In this document: piece by piece, positions 46,184-56,860 of the stretch
How positions within the stretch are numbered: position 1 is the stretch's first letter
How the letters are laid out: every line of letters begins with the position of its first letter
NCBI GenBank assembly: GCA_035651095.1
Contig: DASRGI010000263.1
Location: 1,080-65,079 of the forward strand
Length of the DNA stretch: 64,000 nt
Reading direction: 5' to 3'
Origin: Acidimicrobiales bacterium
GTDB lineage: Bacteria; Actinomycetota; Acidimicrobiia; Acidimicrobiales; JAUTXP01
Position numbers and translations under genes: made by a program
The notes under the pieces: model-generated
What the model was told of the DNA's origin: nothing
The model's input: the letters and a program-made list of their open reading frames with translations, nothing else
The model's database searches: none

Positions 46184-47038
46184 ATGAAGAGCCAGGTGAG
46201 TGCGGCCGGGCGGCGGATGCGTCGGCACCGGGCCGTTGAGGTGGGGAGCGAGGGTGGCATGGGCGTCGCCCTGTCCGACGCGCTGACGAGTCTCACCCAG
46301 CAACTGGCTTCCGTGGACTCGGGCATCGAGTTCGTCTACGCCATGCTCGACCGCCTGGTCGACGTGGGCGGTTGGCAGGACGCCGCCGTGGTGATCGACG
46401 AGCCCACCATGGACAGGCAGGTCTTCCGCGCCAGCCGGCGCCCCCCGTGGGACTGGCCCTTTGCCCACCTGGACAAGGCCGGCCCCGGCTTCTACACCGT
46501 GCCCGACCACGGCGACGACGAACTCGACGTGGTGGTGGGCAGCCTGGCCACGGTGGCCCTCCAGCTCGACCTGTTGCGCCACGACGCCACCCACGACGGG
46601 CTCACCGGCCTGCTCAACCGCCGATCGTTCGATGAGCTCCTGGCCCAGGCGTCCTCCCGCAGCCACCGCTACGGCTGGCCCTTCGCCCTGGCCCTCATCG
46701 ACCTCGACAACTTCAAGGGTGTGAACGATCGCCTGGGCCACGATGGCGGCGACCGCGTGCTGCGAGCCGTCGGCACCGAGCTGCGGCGGTCGCTGCGCGC
46801 CGGCGACGTGGCCGCCCGCGTGGGTGGCGACGAGTTCGCCCTCATCCTGGCCAACGGCGAGTCCGAAGGCGTCGACGCCATCGTCGAGCGCCTCACCCGC
46901 GTGCTCGCCGGGCTGCTCGACAGCGAGCGGGCCTTCTCCGTCGGTGTGGCCGTCGCCCCCGACGAGGCCGACGAAGTGGTGGAGCTGTACCGGCTGGCCG
47001 ACCGCCGCCTGTACGAAGGCAAGCGGAGGATGCAGTGA
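46184..47038 (+). CDS. diguanylate cyclase (GGDEF domain)
   Basis: Motifs HDGLTGLLNRRSF, DLDNFKGVNDRLGHDGGD, RVGGDEFALIL. The N-terminal ~130 aa are unassigned; start uncertain. Confidence 0.85.
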   Translation: MKSQVSAAGRRMRRHRAVEVGSEGGMGVALSDALTSLTQQLASVDSGIEFVYAMLDRLVDVGGWQDAAVVIDEPTMDRQVFRASRRPPWDWPFAHLDKAGPGFYTVPDHGDDELDVVVGSLATVALQLDLLRHDATHDGLTGLLNRRSFDELLAQASSRSHRYGWPFALALIDLDNFKGVNDRLGHDGGDRVLRAVGTELRRSLRAGDVAARVGGDEFALILANGESEGVDAIVERLTRVLAGLLDSERAFSVGVAVAPDEADEVVELYRLADRRLYEGKRRMQ

Positions 47039-47670
47039 CCGCCAGTGTCCGTCCCGCATCCGCGTCCGCCGACGGGCACGCCGTCGACCAGTTGGAGCTG
47101 GAGCTGCGGCGCCTCCCGGGCGTGTCCGGCGTGGGCTTCACCGACGAGGACGACATCCTCGTCATCCACGTCTACGCCGACGTGGGCCGGGCCGGGGGCC
47201 AGGCCGAGCTGCGGCACCAGGTCGTGCAGCAGGCCCGAGCCCTGGTCGACCGCACGCTGGCCGTGGACGTGCGGGATGCGGGCGAGCCGCCCCCCGCCGA
47301 TCGGGGCCGGGTGCAGCTCGTGTCCGTGCGGGTCGAACACTTCTCGCAGGAGATGGAGGTCCACCTGTCCCACCGCGGGGTGCACACCGTGGGCCGGGCC
47401 CCGGCCGGGTCACCCGAAGGGGCGGTGGATGCCACTCTGAAGGCGCTGACCGACCTCGGAGCCGCCCTGCCGTTCCGGGTGGAGGCGGCTGCCGCTCCCG
47501 TCGCCGGTGCCGCCCACGCGGTCATCGTGATCCTGGAGCCCGAAGACGAGATCGGGACGCGCTACGGCGTGGCCCGGGGCACGACAATCGAGGAAGCTGC
47601 GGCCCGAGCCACGCTCCACGCCCTCAATCGCTACCTGTCGCGGTTGCCGGCCCTCTCTCCCGCTAGTTGA
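47035..47670 (+). CDS. hypothetical protein start-stop-overlapped with the GGDEF gene
   Basis: 211-aa ORF whose GTG overlaps the upstream TGA (GTGA). Protein-like composition; no family recognised. Confidence 0.5.
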   Translation: MTASVRPASASADGHAVDQLELELRRLPGVSGVGFTDEDDILVIHVYADVGRAGGQAELRHQVVQQARALVDRTLAVDVRDAGEPPPADRGRVQLVSVRVEHFSQEMEVHLSHRGVHTVGRAPAGSPEGAVDATLKALTDLGAALPFRVEAAAAPVAGAAHAVIVILEPEDEIGTRYGVARGTTIEEAAARATLHALNRYLSRLPALSPAS

Positions 47671-48191
47671 GCGGGGTCCTCGGCCGCATGCCTGCCGTCG
47701 GGCGGGTTGCGGGCCAGCCAGGCCAGTGCCGCCGCCAGTCCCACGGCCATCACCAGATCGCCGAAGGACAGCACCTCTCGTAAGGCGGGGACGGGGACGA
47801 TGTCGCCCAGGAAGGGGAGGCGGTCGCCGGGTTGTTCGAGGTGGCGCTTGCCGCTGTAGACGACGGCCTCGCCCGGGCGGGCCAACCGGGCGGCGTCGAG
47901 GGCGGCCCGGCGTACGGGCATGCCCCCGTTGATCGATACCACCAGCGCGTTCAGGCCCAGGCCCACGGTGAGCACGCCCATTCCCACCACGGTGATGTTG
48001 GCCAGGGCGAAGGCGAGGAGGCAGAGGTAGGAGAGCAGGAGGGCGGCGCCGGCGGGGACGAACTGGAGGGCGGCGCCGGCGGCGAGGAGGGGCCAGGCGC
48101 GGAAGCGTCGCCGACCCAGGTTGCCGAGCTTCCCGCCGGTGAGCAGCCCGATCGCCACGCCCGTGAACAGGGCCACCGTCGTGAAGCGCAT
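47631..48191 (-). CDS. DUF5317-like integral membrane protein
   Basis: 186 aa. Pattern LNALVVSINGGMPV...LPFLGDIVPVP...SFGDLVMAVG matches my memory of DUF5317. Confidence 0.6.
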   Translation of the reverse strand: MRFTTVALFTGVAIGLLTGGKLGNLGRRRFRAWPLLAAGAALQFVPAGAALLLSYLCLLAFALANITVVGMGVLTVGLGLNALVVSINGGMPVRRAALDAARLARPGEAVVYSGKRHLEQPGDRLPFLGDIVPVPALREVLSFGDLVMAVGLAAALAWLARNPPDGRHAAEDPAQLAGERAGNRDR

Positions 48192-48218
48192 CGCGTATTG
48201 AGGCTACCGTCCGGGCCT

Positions 48219-48998
48219 ATGTCTTCCGAGGTTCTCTGGGAGGTCGGTGGCGGCATCGGCCGCATCACCATCAACCGTCCGGAGAAGCGCAACTCACTGT
48301 CGTGGGACGTGCTGACCCGGTTGCGGGAGATCTTCGCCGCCGCCAAAGACGATCCCGACGTGCGCGTGATCGTCACCACGGGCGCGGGCGACAAGGCCTT
48401 CTCGGCCGGCGCCGACCTCACCGGCATGGCCGAGGGGGCGGGGTTCCTGGAGCTCCACGAGGGGCGGGGCGAGCTGGCCCGGCTGTTCCTCGACATGTGG
48501 GCACTGGGCAAGCCCACCATCGCCAAGGTCCGGGGGTACGCGCTGGCCGGTGGCTTCGGCCTGGCTCTGGCCCACGACCTCGTGATCGCCTCGGACGACT
48601 CGCAGTTCGGGGTGCCCGAGATCAACGTGGGCCTGTGGCCGTACATGATCACCGTGCCCATGGTGCGGTCGATGCCGCCCAAGAAGGCGCTCGAGCTGAT
48701 GATGACCGGCCGGCGGGTCGACGCCGCCGAGGCCGAGCGCATCGGCTTCGTCAACCAGGTGGTCCCCGCTACCGAGCTGGACGTCACCGTCGACACGGTC
48801 GCGGCGGGGTTGGCGGCCAAGTCGCCCGCCATCATGCGGTTGGGCCGGGACTCGTTCTACGCGGTGCTGGACGAGCCGGCCCGAGACGCCCTGCCGCTCC
48901 TGCACTCGCTGCTCACCATCACCGCCCAGACCGACGACGCCCGCGAGGGCATCGCCGCCTTCGCCGAGAAGCGCGAGCCGAAGTGGAGGGGACGCTGA
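48219..48998 (+). CDS. enoyl-CoA hydratase/isomerase family protein
   Basis: ATG 48219 in track ORF 47832..48998. Motifs ITINRPEKRNSL, GAGDKAFSAGADL, GYALAGGFGLALAHD. Confidence 0.9.
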   Translation: MSSEVLWEVGGGIGRITINRPEKRNSLSWDVLTRLREIFAAAKDDPDVRVIVTTGAGDKAFSAGADLTGMAEGAGFLELHEGRGELARLFLDMWALGKPTIAKVRGYALAGGFGLALAHDLVIASDDSQFGVPEINVGLWPYMITVPMVRSMPPKKALELMMTGRRVDAAEAERIGFVNQVVPATELDVTVDTVAAGLAAKSPAIMRLGRDSFYAVLDEPARDALPLLHSLLTITAQTDDAREGIAAFAEKREPKWRGR

Positions 48999-50578
48999 TG
49001 GCCGACGATCCCGAGCTGCACAACTGGAAGCCCCTCGTCGAGGACCTGCGGGGGAGGCGGGATCGGGCCTACGCCATGGGCGGGCCGGAGTTGGTGGCGC
49101 GCCAGCGATCCTTGGGCAAGTGGCCGGTGCGGGAGCGCATCGACGAGCTGGTCGACGAGGGCACGTTCGTCGAGTACGGCCTGCTGGCCGACTCCATGGA
49201 CCCGCAGTTGCGGGAGTCCAAGGGGTACCTGGCGGCGGACGGGATGGTGGCGGGTATCGGCGAGATCGACGGCCGGCGCGTCGCCGTCATGGCCTACGAC
49301 TTCACGGTCCTGGCCGGATCCATGGGCGCCGTCGGCGAGCACAAGACCGCTCGTCTGCGGGAGCTGGCCGAGCGCCAGCGCATCCCCATCGTGTGGCTGC
49401 TCGACTCGGCCGGCGCCCGTATCCACCAGTCCACGGGCTCCACGTTCGCAGCGGCCGGCGCGCTGTTCCGCGAGCAGGTCACGCTGTCGGGCGTGGTGCC
49501 GCAGGTGGCGGCCATGCTCGGCCACTGTGCGGCGGGCACCGCCTACATCCCTGCCCTGGCCGACTTCATCCCCATGGTGAAGGGCGTGTCGTCCATGGCC
49601 CTGGGCGGCCGGCACCTGGTGAAGGCGGCCACGGGCGAGGACGTGACCGAGGAGGAGATGGGCGGGTCGGCCGTCCACACAAAGGTGAGCGGCGTCGCCG
49701 ACCTCGAGGTGGAGGACGACGCGTCGTGCCTCGCCGTCGTGCGCAAGTACCTCTCGTTCTTCCCGTCCAACAACGCCGAGCGCCCGCCCGTCGTGACGTC
49801 CGCCGACCCGGTGGACCGCCGGTGTGAAGAGCTGTACGACATCGTGCCCACCGCGCCCCGCCGGGCCTACGACATGTACAAGGTCATCGAGGCTGTGGTG
49901 GACGACGGCGACTACCTCGCCATGAAGCCGGAATGGGCCAAGAACGTCATCACCGCCTTCGCCCGCGTGGGCGGACAGCCCGTGGGCATCGTGGCTTCGC
50001 AGCCCAAGGTCCTGGGCGGCACCCTCGACGTGAACTCGGCCGACAAGGCGGCCCGATTCGTGTGGTTGTGCGACGCCTTCAACATCCCGCTGGTGTTCCT
50101 GCAGGACGTGCCCGGATTCATTGTGGGATCGGCCGTGGAGAAGCAGGGAATCATCCGCCACGGAGCCAAGATGCTCTTCGCCGTGTCCGAGGCCACCGTG
50201 CCCAAGGTGACGGTGGTGCTGCGCAAGGCGTACGGCGCCGGGTACTTCGTGATGAACGGCACCGCCTACGAAGCCGACTACATCGTGGCCTGGCCCACCG
50301 CCGAGATCGCGGTCATGGGCCCGGACGGCATGGTCAACATCATCATGCGCAAGCAGTTGGATGCCATCCCCGAGGGCAGGGAGCGGGACCAGGCCCGAAT
50401 CGAGATGGCCGATCAGTTGCGCAAGAACATCGACCCCTACATCGCTGCCGGCCATGCCCAGGTGGACGATGTGATCGATCCGGCCGAAACCCGGCTGGCC
50501 ATCTGGCGGGGTTTGCAGGCATCCAAGACCAAGCAGGTGCAGCGCCCGTGGCGCAAGCACGGCGTGCTTCCTGTCTGA
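48998..50578 (+). CDS. acyl-CoA carboxylase carboxyltransferase (beta) subunit
   Basis: 526 aa from ATG 48998, overlapping the upstream TGA by 1 nt. Motifs AYDFTVLAGSMG, VWLLDSAGARI, VLRKAYGAGY. Confidence 0.9.
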   Translation: MADDPELHNWKPLVEDLRGRRDRAYAMGGPELVARQRSLGKWPVRERIDELVDEGTFVEYGLLADSMDPQLRESKGYLAADGMVAGIGEIDGRRVAVMAYDFTVLAGSMGAVGEHKTARLRELAERQRIPIVWLLDSAGARIHQSTGSTFAAAGALFREQVTLSGVVPQVAAMLGHCAAGTAYIPALADFIPMVKGVSSMALGGRHLVKAATGEDVTEEEMGGSAVHTKVSGVADLEVEDDASCLAVVRKYLSFFPSNNAERPPVVTSADPVDRRCEELYDIVPTAPRRAYDMYKVIEAVVDDGDYLAMKPEWAKNVITAFARVGGQPVGIVASQPKVLGGTLDVNSADKAARFVWLCDAFNIPLVFLQDVPGFIVGSAVEKQGIIRHGAKMLFAVSEATVPKVTVVLRKAYGAGYFVMNGTAYEADYIVAWPTAEIAVMGPDGMVNIIMRKQLDAIPEGRERDQARIEMADQLRKNIDPYIAAGHAQVDDVIDPAETRLAIWRGLQASKTKQVQRPWRKHGVLPV

Positions 50579-50633
50579 TCTTCGGGCGAACACTACGCAT
50601 CGTCTATGTATCAAATGCCGTTCGTCCTATTGG

Positions 50634-50882
50634 ATGCCTTCTGGGATGTCGCGGACCCGGGGAGCATTCGCCGTGGAGTTTGGCGCCCGGGCCCGTGGCA
50701 TACGGGAGGCCCGGCTGCTCACTCAGGAACGCCTGGGTGAGCATGCCGGCCTGCACGCCACCCAGGTGGGCCACATCGAGCGGGGCGAGCGGGACGTCCG
50801 GCTGAGCACCATCCTCAAGCTGGCCCGGGCCCTGGAGGTCGACGTGGCCGAGCTGGTCAGCGGGCTACCCGTTCCCGACTGA
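50634..50882 (+). CDS. XRE family helix-turn-helix regulator
   Basis: 82 aa: LTQERLGEHAGLHATQVGHIERGERDVRLSTILKLARAL. Confidence 0.8.
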   Translation: MPSGMSRTRGAFAVEFGARARGIREARLLTQERLGEHAGLHATQVGHIERGERDVRLSTILKLARALEVDVAELVSGLPVPD

Positions 50883-50896
50883 CCGGGCCGGCCGGG

Positions 50897-51386
<490 letters not shown>

Positions 51387-51417
51387 TTAGCAGACACGGG
51401 CTGGGTGGGCCAGGTAG

Positions 51418-52395
<978 letters not shown>

Positions 52396-52408
52396 CGAGC
52401 GGTCCCGG

Positions 52409-52657
52409 TCATCGGCGGACGGCGGGGCGGTTGCGCTGGATCAGCCATACCAGCAGGCCGGCGCCGATGACAGAGAAGATGATGCCCCCCGGGCGGCCGA
52501 GCAGGAAGTAGGCCACCAGGCCCCCGATGAACGAACCCCCGATACCGACGAGGATCGTCATGCCGATGCTCATGGGATTGGGGCCGGGGATCATCAGGCG
52601 GCCGAGGGCGCCGATGACCAGCCCGCCGATCACGAGGGAGATGAGGAAGAGGATCAC
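52409..52657 (-). CDS. GlsB/YeaQ/YmgE family (transglycosylase-associated) membrane protein
   Basis: 82 aa from GTG 52657. Glycine-zipper TMs: IGGLVIGALGRLMIPG, ILVGIGGSFIGG. Confidence 0.7.
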   Translation of the reverse strand: MILFLISLVIGGLVIGALGRLMIPGPNPMSIGMTILVGIGGSFIGGLVAYFLLGRPGGIIFSVIGAGLLVWLIQRNRPAVRR

Positions 52658-52676
52658 GCCGGTATCCTGCCCCGCC

Positions 52677-52889
52677 GTGACAGAGATCCGCGCAGAGATC
52701 ACCGCCAACGTGTGGCAGGTCCCGGCCGAGCCCGGCCAGCAGGTGGCGGAAGGCGACACCATTGCCATCCTCGAGTCCATGAAGATGGAGATCCCTGTGG
52801 AGTCGCCCGTGGCCGGCACGGTCACGGAGGTCAGGGTCAAGCCCGACGACCAGGTGCAGGAGGGCGACGTCATCGCCGTGGTCGAGTGA
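52677..52889 (+). CDS. biotin/lipoyl attachment domain (biotin carboxyl carrier-like) protein
   Basis: 70 aa from GTG 52677. Biotinylation motif ESMKMEIPV. Confidence 0.8.
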   Translation: MTEIRAEITANVWQVPAEPGQQVAEGDTIAILESMKMEIPVESPVAGTVTEVRVKPDDQVQEGDVIAVVE

Positions 52890-53617
52890 TCGGTCGCGAG
52901 TTCCGGGCCGGCGGGCGCGTCGGGCTGCTCACCATCGACCGCCAAGACCGGCGCAATGCGGTGGACGCCGAGTCGTGCGCGGCGCTGGAGGACGGGCTCC
53001 GGTCGTTCGTCGCCGGCGGGGCGAGGGCGGTCGTGCTCACGGGCGCGGGCGGGCACTTCTGCGCCGGGGCCGACCTGAAGGGCGTGGAGGACGACGGGTT
53101 CCGGCGGTCGTTGCGCTCGCTGCTCGACGCGCTGGTGGCCGTGCCCGTGCCCGTCATCGCCGCCGTGGCGGGCGCGGCCCTGGGCGCGGGCACGCAGCTG
53201 GCCGTGGCGTGCGACCTGCGGGTCGCCACGGCCGACGCCCGGTTCGGCATCCCCGCGGCCAAGCTGGGCCTCATGGTCGACCACTGGACGGTGCAGCGGC
53301 TGGCCCGCCTGGCCGGCTTCGGGCCCGCCCAGGCCATGTTGCTGGCGGCCGAGGAGGTCGACGGGGCCGGTGCGCTGCGGCTCGGCCTGGTGCAGCGGGA
53401 GGGCGGGCTCGACGAGGCGCTGGCGTGGGCCGAGCGGGTGGCGTCGCTGGCCCCGCTGACCATCGGTGGGCACAAGCTGGCCCTGAACCGGCTGGACGCC
53501 CCGGCCGACGACCCCGACGTGGGTGCCGCCGTGGCCCGGGCGTGGTCGAGCGACGACCTCGCCGAGGGCATGGCGTCGTTCCGGGAACGCCGCCCGCCGG
53601 AGTTCCGGGGCGCCTGA
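52886..53617 (+). CDS. enoyl-CoA hydratase/isomerase family protein
   Basis: GTG 52886 overlaps the upstream TGA (GTGA). Motifs LTIDRQDRRNAV, GAGGHFCAGADL, GAALGAGTQLAVACD. Confidence 0.85.
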   Translation: MIGREFRAGGRVGLLTIDRQDRRNAVDAESCAALEDGLRSFVAGGARAVVLTGAGGHFCAGADLKGVEDDGFRRSLRSLLDALVAVPVPVIAAVAGAALGAGTQLAVACDLRVATADARFGIPAAKLGLMVDHWTVQRLARLAGFGPAQAMLLAAEEVDGAGALRLGLVQREGGLDEALAWAERVASLAPLTIGGHKLALNRLDAPADDPDVGAAVARAWSSDDLAEGMASFRERRPPEFRGA

Positions 53618-53630
53618 TGCCCGCCCTCTC

Positions 53631-53683
53631 GCGTTCTCGTAACGCCGGCGCCCACTATGGCGGCCTGAGCGTTACGAGAACGG
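53631..53683. repeat. palindromic intergenic repeat copy (14-bp arms)
   Basis: gcgttctcgtaacgc (53631-53645) and gcgttacgagaacgg (53669-53683). Confidence 0.85.
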
Positions 53684-53702
53684 TTGGGGGGGTGGTGCGG
53701 GC

Positions 53703-54464
53703 GTGATGGTGCTGGCGGTGTCGACGGGGCCGGCCGGGTGGGTCGTCGCCTTCGGGGCGGGGATGCTCTCGTTCCTCTCCCCGTGCGTGCTGCCGTTGGT
53801 GCCCGGCTACCTGTCGCTCATGTCGGGCGTGAGCTCCAGCCAACTGGCCGTCGCCACCAAGGCCGACACCCGCCAGATCGTGCGCAGCACGTTGTTGTTC
53901 GTCGTCGGGTTCACGTTGGTGTTCGTCGCCCTGGGCGCCGCCGCCAGCGCCGTGGGTCAGGCCCTGGCCGACCACCAGATCGGACTCAGCCGGCTGGCCG
54001 GGGTCGTCATCGTCGTCATGGGCCTGTTCCTGGCCGGCTTCATCTCGCCCCGGGTGCTGCAGACCGAGCGGCGCATCCACGTGTCGCCGTCGGGCCTGGG
54101 CTCGTGGGCGCCGCCGGTGATGGGCATGGCGTTCGCCTTCGGGTGGTCGCCGTGCATCGGGTCGGTGCTCGGGCCCATCCTCGCCTTCGCCGCCGCCAAG
54201 GGCACCCTTACCCAAGGCGTGCTGCTGCTGCTGTTCTACTCACTGGGCCTGGGCGTGCCCTTCGTGCTCACGGGCGTGGCCTTCGGACGGCTGGCCACTG
54301 CGTTCGCGTGGGTCAAGCGCCACTACCGGATCATCAACCTGGTGTCCGGCCTGCTGCTGATCGGCTTCGGCCTGCTGCTGCTGACCAACAACGTGACTCG
54401 CATCTCCACGGCCATGCTCCACTGGATGGAGCGCATCGGCCTGGACCGGCTGGCCCGCATCTGA
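53703..54464 (+). CDS. ccdA: cytochrome c biogenesis thiol-reductant transporter CcdA
   Basis: 253 aa. Motifs LSFLSPCVLPLVPGYL and FGWSPCIGSVLG (the two conserved Cys). Confidence 0.9.
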   Translation: MMVLAVSTGPAGWVVAFGAGMLSFLSPCVLPLVPGYLSLMSGVSSSQLAVATKADTRQIVRSTLLFVVGFTLVFVALGAAASAVGQALADHQIGLSRLAGVVIVVMGLFLAGFISPRVLQTERRIHVSPSGLGSWAPPVMGMAFAFGWSPCIGSVLGPILAFAAAKGTLTQGVLLLLFYSLGLGVPFVLTGVAFGRLATAFAWVKRHYRIINLVSGLLLIGFGLLLLTNNVTRISTAMLHWMERIGLDRLARI

Positions 54465-54480
54465 CCGCCGCCTCTGAGGG

Positions 54481-55440
54481 CTAGAAGTCGGCGGGGAGCA
54501 GGCGGCCCACGTTCTCGTAGAACACGAACAGGACGACGAAGAAGAACGGGGCGGCCACCACGTAGGCCGGCCACTTGCGCCAGCGCTTGGACAGGACCCA
54601 CGCGGCCAGCCAGATGGCGCCGGCGAGGAGCCCCCACCACAGGGTGGGCCAGGCGGCCGAGCGCTTGCCGGAAAGGTTGGCGCCCGCGTCCTCGTCGATG
54701 GTGACGCTCCCGCCCCGGTCGGGCGTGCCCGAGCTGGCGCCCGGGGCCGGGGTGGGCTCGGCGGACGAGGGCGGGGCGGGGGCGGCCGGACCGACCAGGT
54801 CGGACACCACCACCAACCGCTCCGACGCGCTGAACCGGGGGTTGCAGGTGGTGAGGGTGAGCCGGTTGTCGGTCGTCGGGTCGAGCACCGACACCTCGCT
54901 GGGCCGCACCACCTTGGTCTCCCGCACCCGGTACTCGAAGGCGCCCTGGGCCGTCGTCACGAAGATGTGGTCGCCGGGGTTGAGCTCGTTGATGTTGAAG
55001 AAGGGCGCTCCGTACGTCGTGCGGTGGCCGGCGATGGCGGCGTTGCCGGGCTGGCCGGGCATGGGCGTGTTGGGGTAGTGGCCGGGACCCTTCTTGAGGT
55101 CGGGGAGGGCCACGCCCTGGACCACGGCCTTGTCCACGCTGATCTTGGGGATGCGGATGATGGCCACCGCCTCGCCCGTGGGCGCTGGGGCGGGGGCGTC
55201 GGGGAACGTGGTCGTGGTGGTGGCGCCGGGCGCTGTGGTGGTGGTGCTGGCGCCCGCCTTGGCCGTGGTGGTCGTCGGGGTCAGACGCTCGAGGTGTTTG
55301 AACGAGTTGCGCAACGCCGCCTGGCTGCGGGCCTCGGCTATGCCCGTGCCCCACAGCTGATAGGCGACAAACAGGAGGATGAGGACGCCGACGGCGATGA
55401 GGGTGCGACCCAGCCCACTCACTGCCCGGCGCCAATCCAC
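54481..55440 (-). CDS. class E sortase
   Basis: 319 aa. N-terminal TM, motifs AIAGHRTTYGAPF and LTLTTCNP, plus a C-terminal TM pair. Confidence 0.85.
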   Translation of the reverse strand: MDWRRAVSGLGRTLIAVGVLILLFVAYQLWGTGIAEARSQAALRNSFKHLERLTPTTTTAKAGASTTTTAPGATTTTTFPDAPAPAPTGEAVAIIRIPKISVDKAVVQGVALPDLKKGPGHYPNTPMPGQPGNAAIAGHRTTYGAPFFNINELNPGDHIFVTTAQGAFEYRVRETKVVRPSEVSVLDPTTDNRLTLTTCNPRFSASERLVVVSDLVGPAAPAPPSSAEPTPAPGASSGTPDRGGSVTIDEDAGANLSGKRSAAWPTLWWGLLAGAIWLAAWVLSKRWRKWPAYVVAAPFFFVVLFVFYENVGRLLPADF

Positions 55441-55510
55441 CGGTCAACGGTAGCGGTGAGTGGCTGCGTGGACCGTGCACGGGACCCCCCGTACCATTGG
55501 CTCCTCGCTC

Positions 55511-56200
55511 ATGAACCCGAATTCCCCGGACGCCGCCGTCCACCTTCGCGCCGCCGTGGCCCTCCTCGGCCGCTTTCCCGCCCTCGCCGGCGTCGACCTC
55601 GACGTGGCGCCGGGGGAGATCGTGCTGCTCCAGGGGGCCAATGGCGCGGGCAAGACCAGCCTGCTGCGAGTGTGCGCCGGGCTGCTGCCCGTCACGTCGG
55701 GTGAGGCGGTGGTCCTGGGCCACGACCTGCGGCGCAACCGCCGGGGCCTGCGCCGGCGAGTCGGCCTCCTGGGCCACGCCACCTTCTTGTACGACGACCT
55801 GACCGTCGAGGACAGCGTCACCTTCGCGGTGCGGGCCGCGGGCCGGCCGGTGTCGACGGTGGCGCCTGCCTTGGCCAAGCTGGGGTTGGACGGCCGCCTC
55901 CGCACCGTCCACGTGGGGCGACTGTCGACGGGCCAGCGCCGGCGGGTGGCCGTCGCCGTGGTCCTCGCCCGCCAGCCCGACCTGTGGCTCTTGGACGAGC
56001 CCCACGCCGGCTTGGACGCCAACGCCCGCGACCTGGTGGACGACTTGGTTCGGGAGGCGGCCGGGCGGGGCGCCGCCGTGCTGCTGGCCTCGCACGAGAT
56101 CGAGCGGGCCACCGGCCTGGCCGACCGCATCTTGGTGATGGCCGGCGGGCAGGTGCACGCGCCGCAACCCGAGGCACGGGAACCCGTCAGTGCTTCGTGA
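55511..56200 (+). CDS. ccmA: heme exporter ATP-binding protein CcmA
   Basis: ATG 55511 in track ORF 55460..56200. Motifs GANGAGKTS, LSTGQRRRV, LWLLDEP. Confidence 0.85.
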   Translation: MNPNSPDAAVHLRAAVALLGRFPALAGVDLDVAPGEIVLLQGANGAGKTSLLRVCAGLLPVTSGEAVVLGHDLRRNRRGLRRRVGLLGHATFLYDDLTVEDSVTFAVRAAGRPVSTVAPALAKLGLDGRLRTVHVGRLSTGQRRRVAVAVVLARQPDLWLLDEPHAGLDANARDLVDDLVREAAGRGAAVLLASHEIERATGLADRILVMAGGQVHAPQPEAREPVSAS

Positions 56201-56858
56201 CGCGGCGTTGGTGGCGGGCAAGGACCTGCGCATCGAGGCCCGGTCCCGGGTGGCCTCCAACCAGGTGGCGCCCTTTGCCGTGCTGGTCCTGCTGCTGTTC
56301 GCCTTCGCCCTCGACCCCGACCGGGGCGTGCTCGCGCGCACCGCGCCCGGGCTGTTCTGGGTGGCCGTCCTCTTCTCCGGCCTGCTGGCCGTGCAGCGCA
56401 GCTTCTCCCTGGAGTCGGCCGACAACGCCAGGGACGGCTTGCGCCTGTCGGGGCTGGACCCCGCCGGCATCTTCCTGGGAAAGGCAGGCGCCATCGTCGT
56501 GCAGATGCTCGCCCTCGAGGTCATCCTGGCCGGCTTCGTGACCCTCATGTACGGGCGCCACCTGCACGGGCCGGCCATCCTCATCATCACGTGCGTGGCC
56601 GCGACCGCGGGGATGGCCGCATCGGGCACCCTGTACGGCGTGCTGGCTGCCGGGTTGCGGGTGCGAGAGACGCTGCTGCCGCTGCTCCTCTTGCCGGTGG
56701 TGGCCCCGGTGCTCCTGGCCGCCACCCGGGCCAGCGAGTCCGCCCTCGACGGGGCGGGCAGCGAGGCGTGGCCGTGGGTGCGCCTGCTCGGCGTGTTCGC
56801 AGTTATCTACGTGACCTTTGGCATCCTGGCCTTCGGTCCGCTGCTGGAAGAGGCATAG
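56190..56858 (+). CDS. ccmB: heme exporter permease CcmB
   Basis: 222 aa with 6 TM. Assigned by position between ccmA and ccmC and by sequence (FAFALDP...LFSGLLAVQRSF). Confidence 0.85.
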   Translation: MLRDAALVAGKDLRIEARSRVASNQVAPFAVLVLLLFAFALDPDRGVLARTAPGLFWVAVLFSGLLAVQRSFSLESADNARDGLRLSGLDPAGIFLGKAGAIVVQMLALEVILAGFVTLMYGRHLHGPAILIITCVAATAGMAASGTLYGVLAAGLRVRETLLPLLLLPVVAPVLLAATRASESALDGAGSEAWPWVRLLGVFAVIYVTFGILAFGPLLEEA

Positions 56859-56860
56859 CC

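Noticed and set aside
54506-54516. Additional partial hit to the repeat arm (gttctcgta) inside the sortase gene.
   Set aside because: It is a single 9-mer with no inverted partner and lies in coding sequence (…FYENVG…). It is most likely coincidental.
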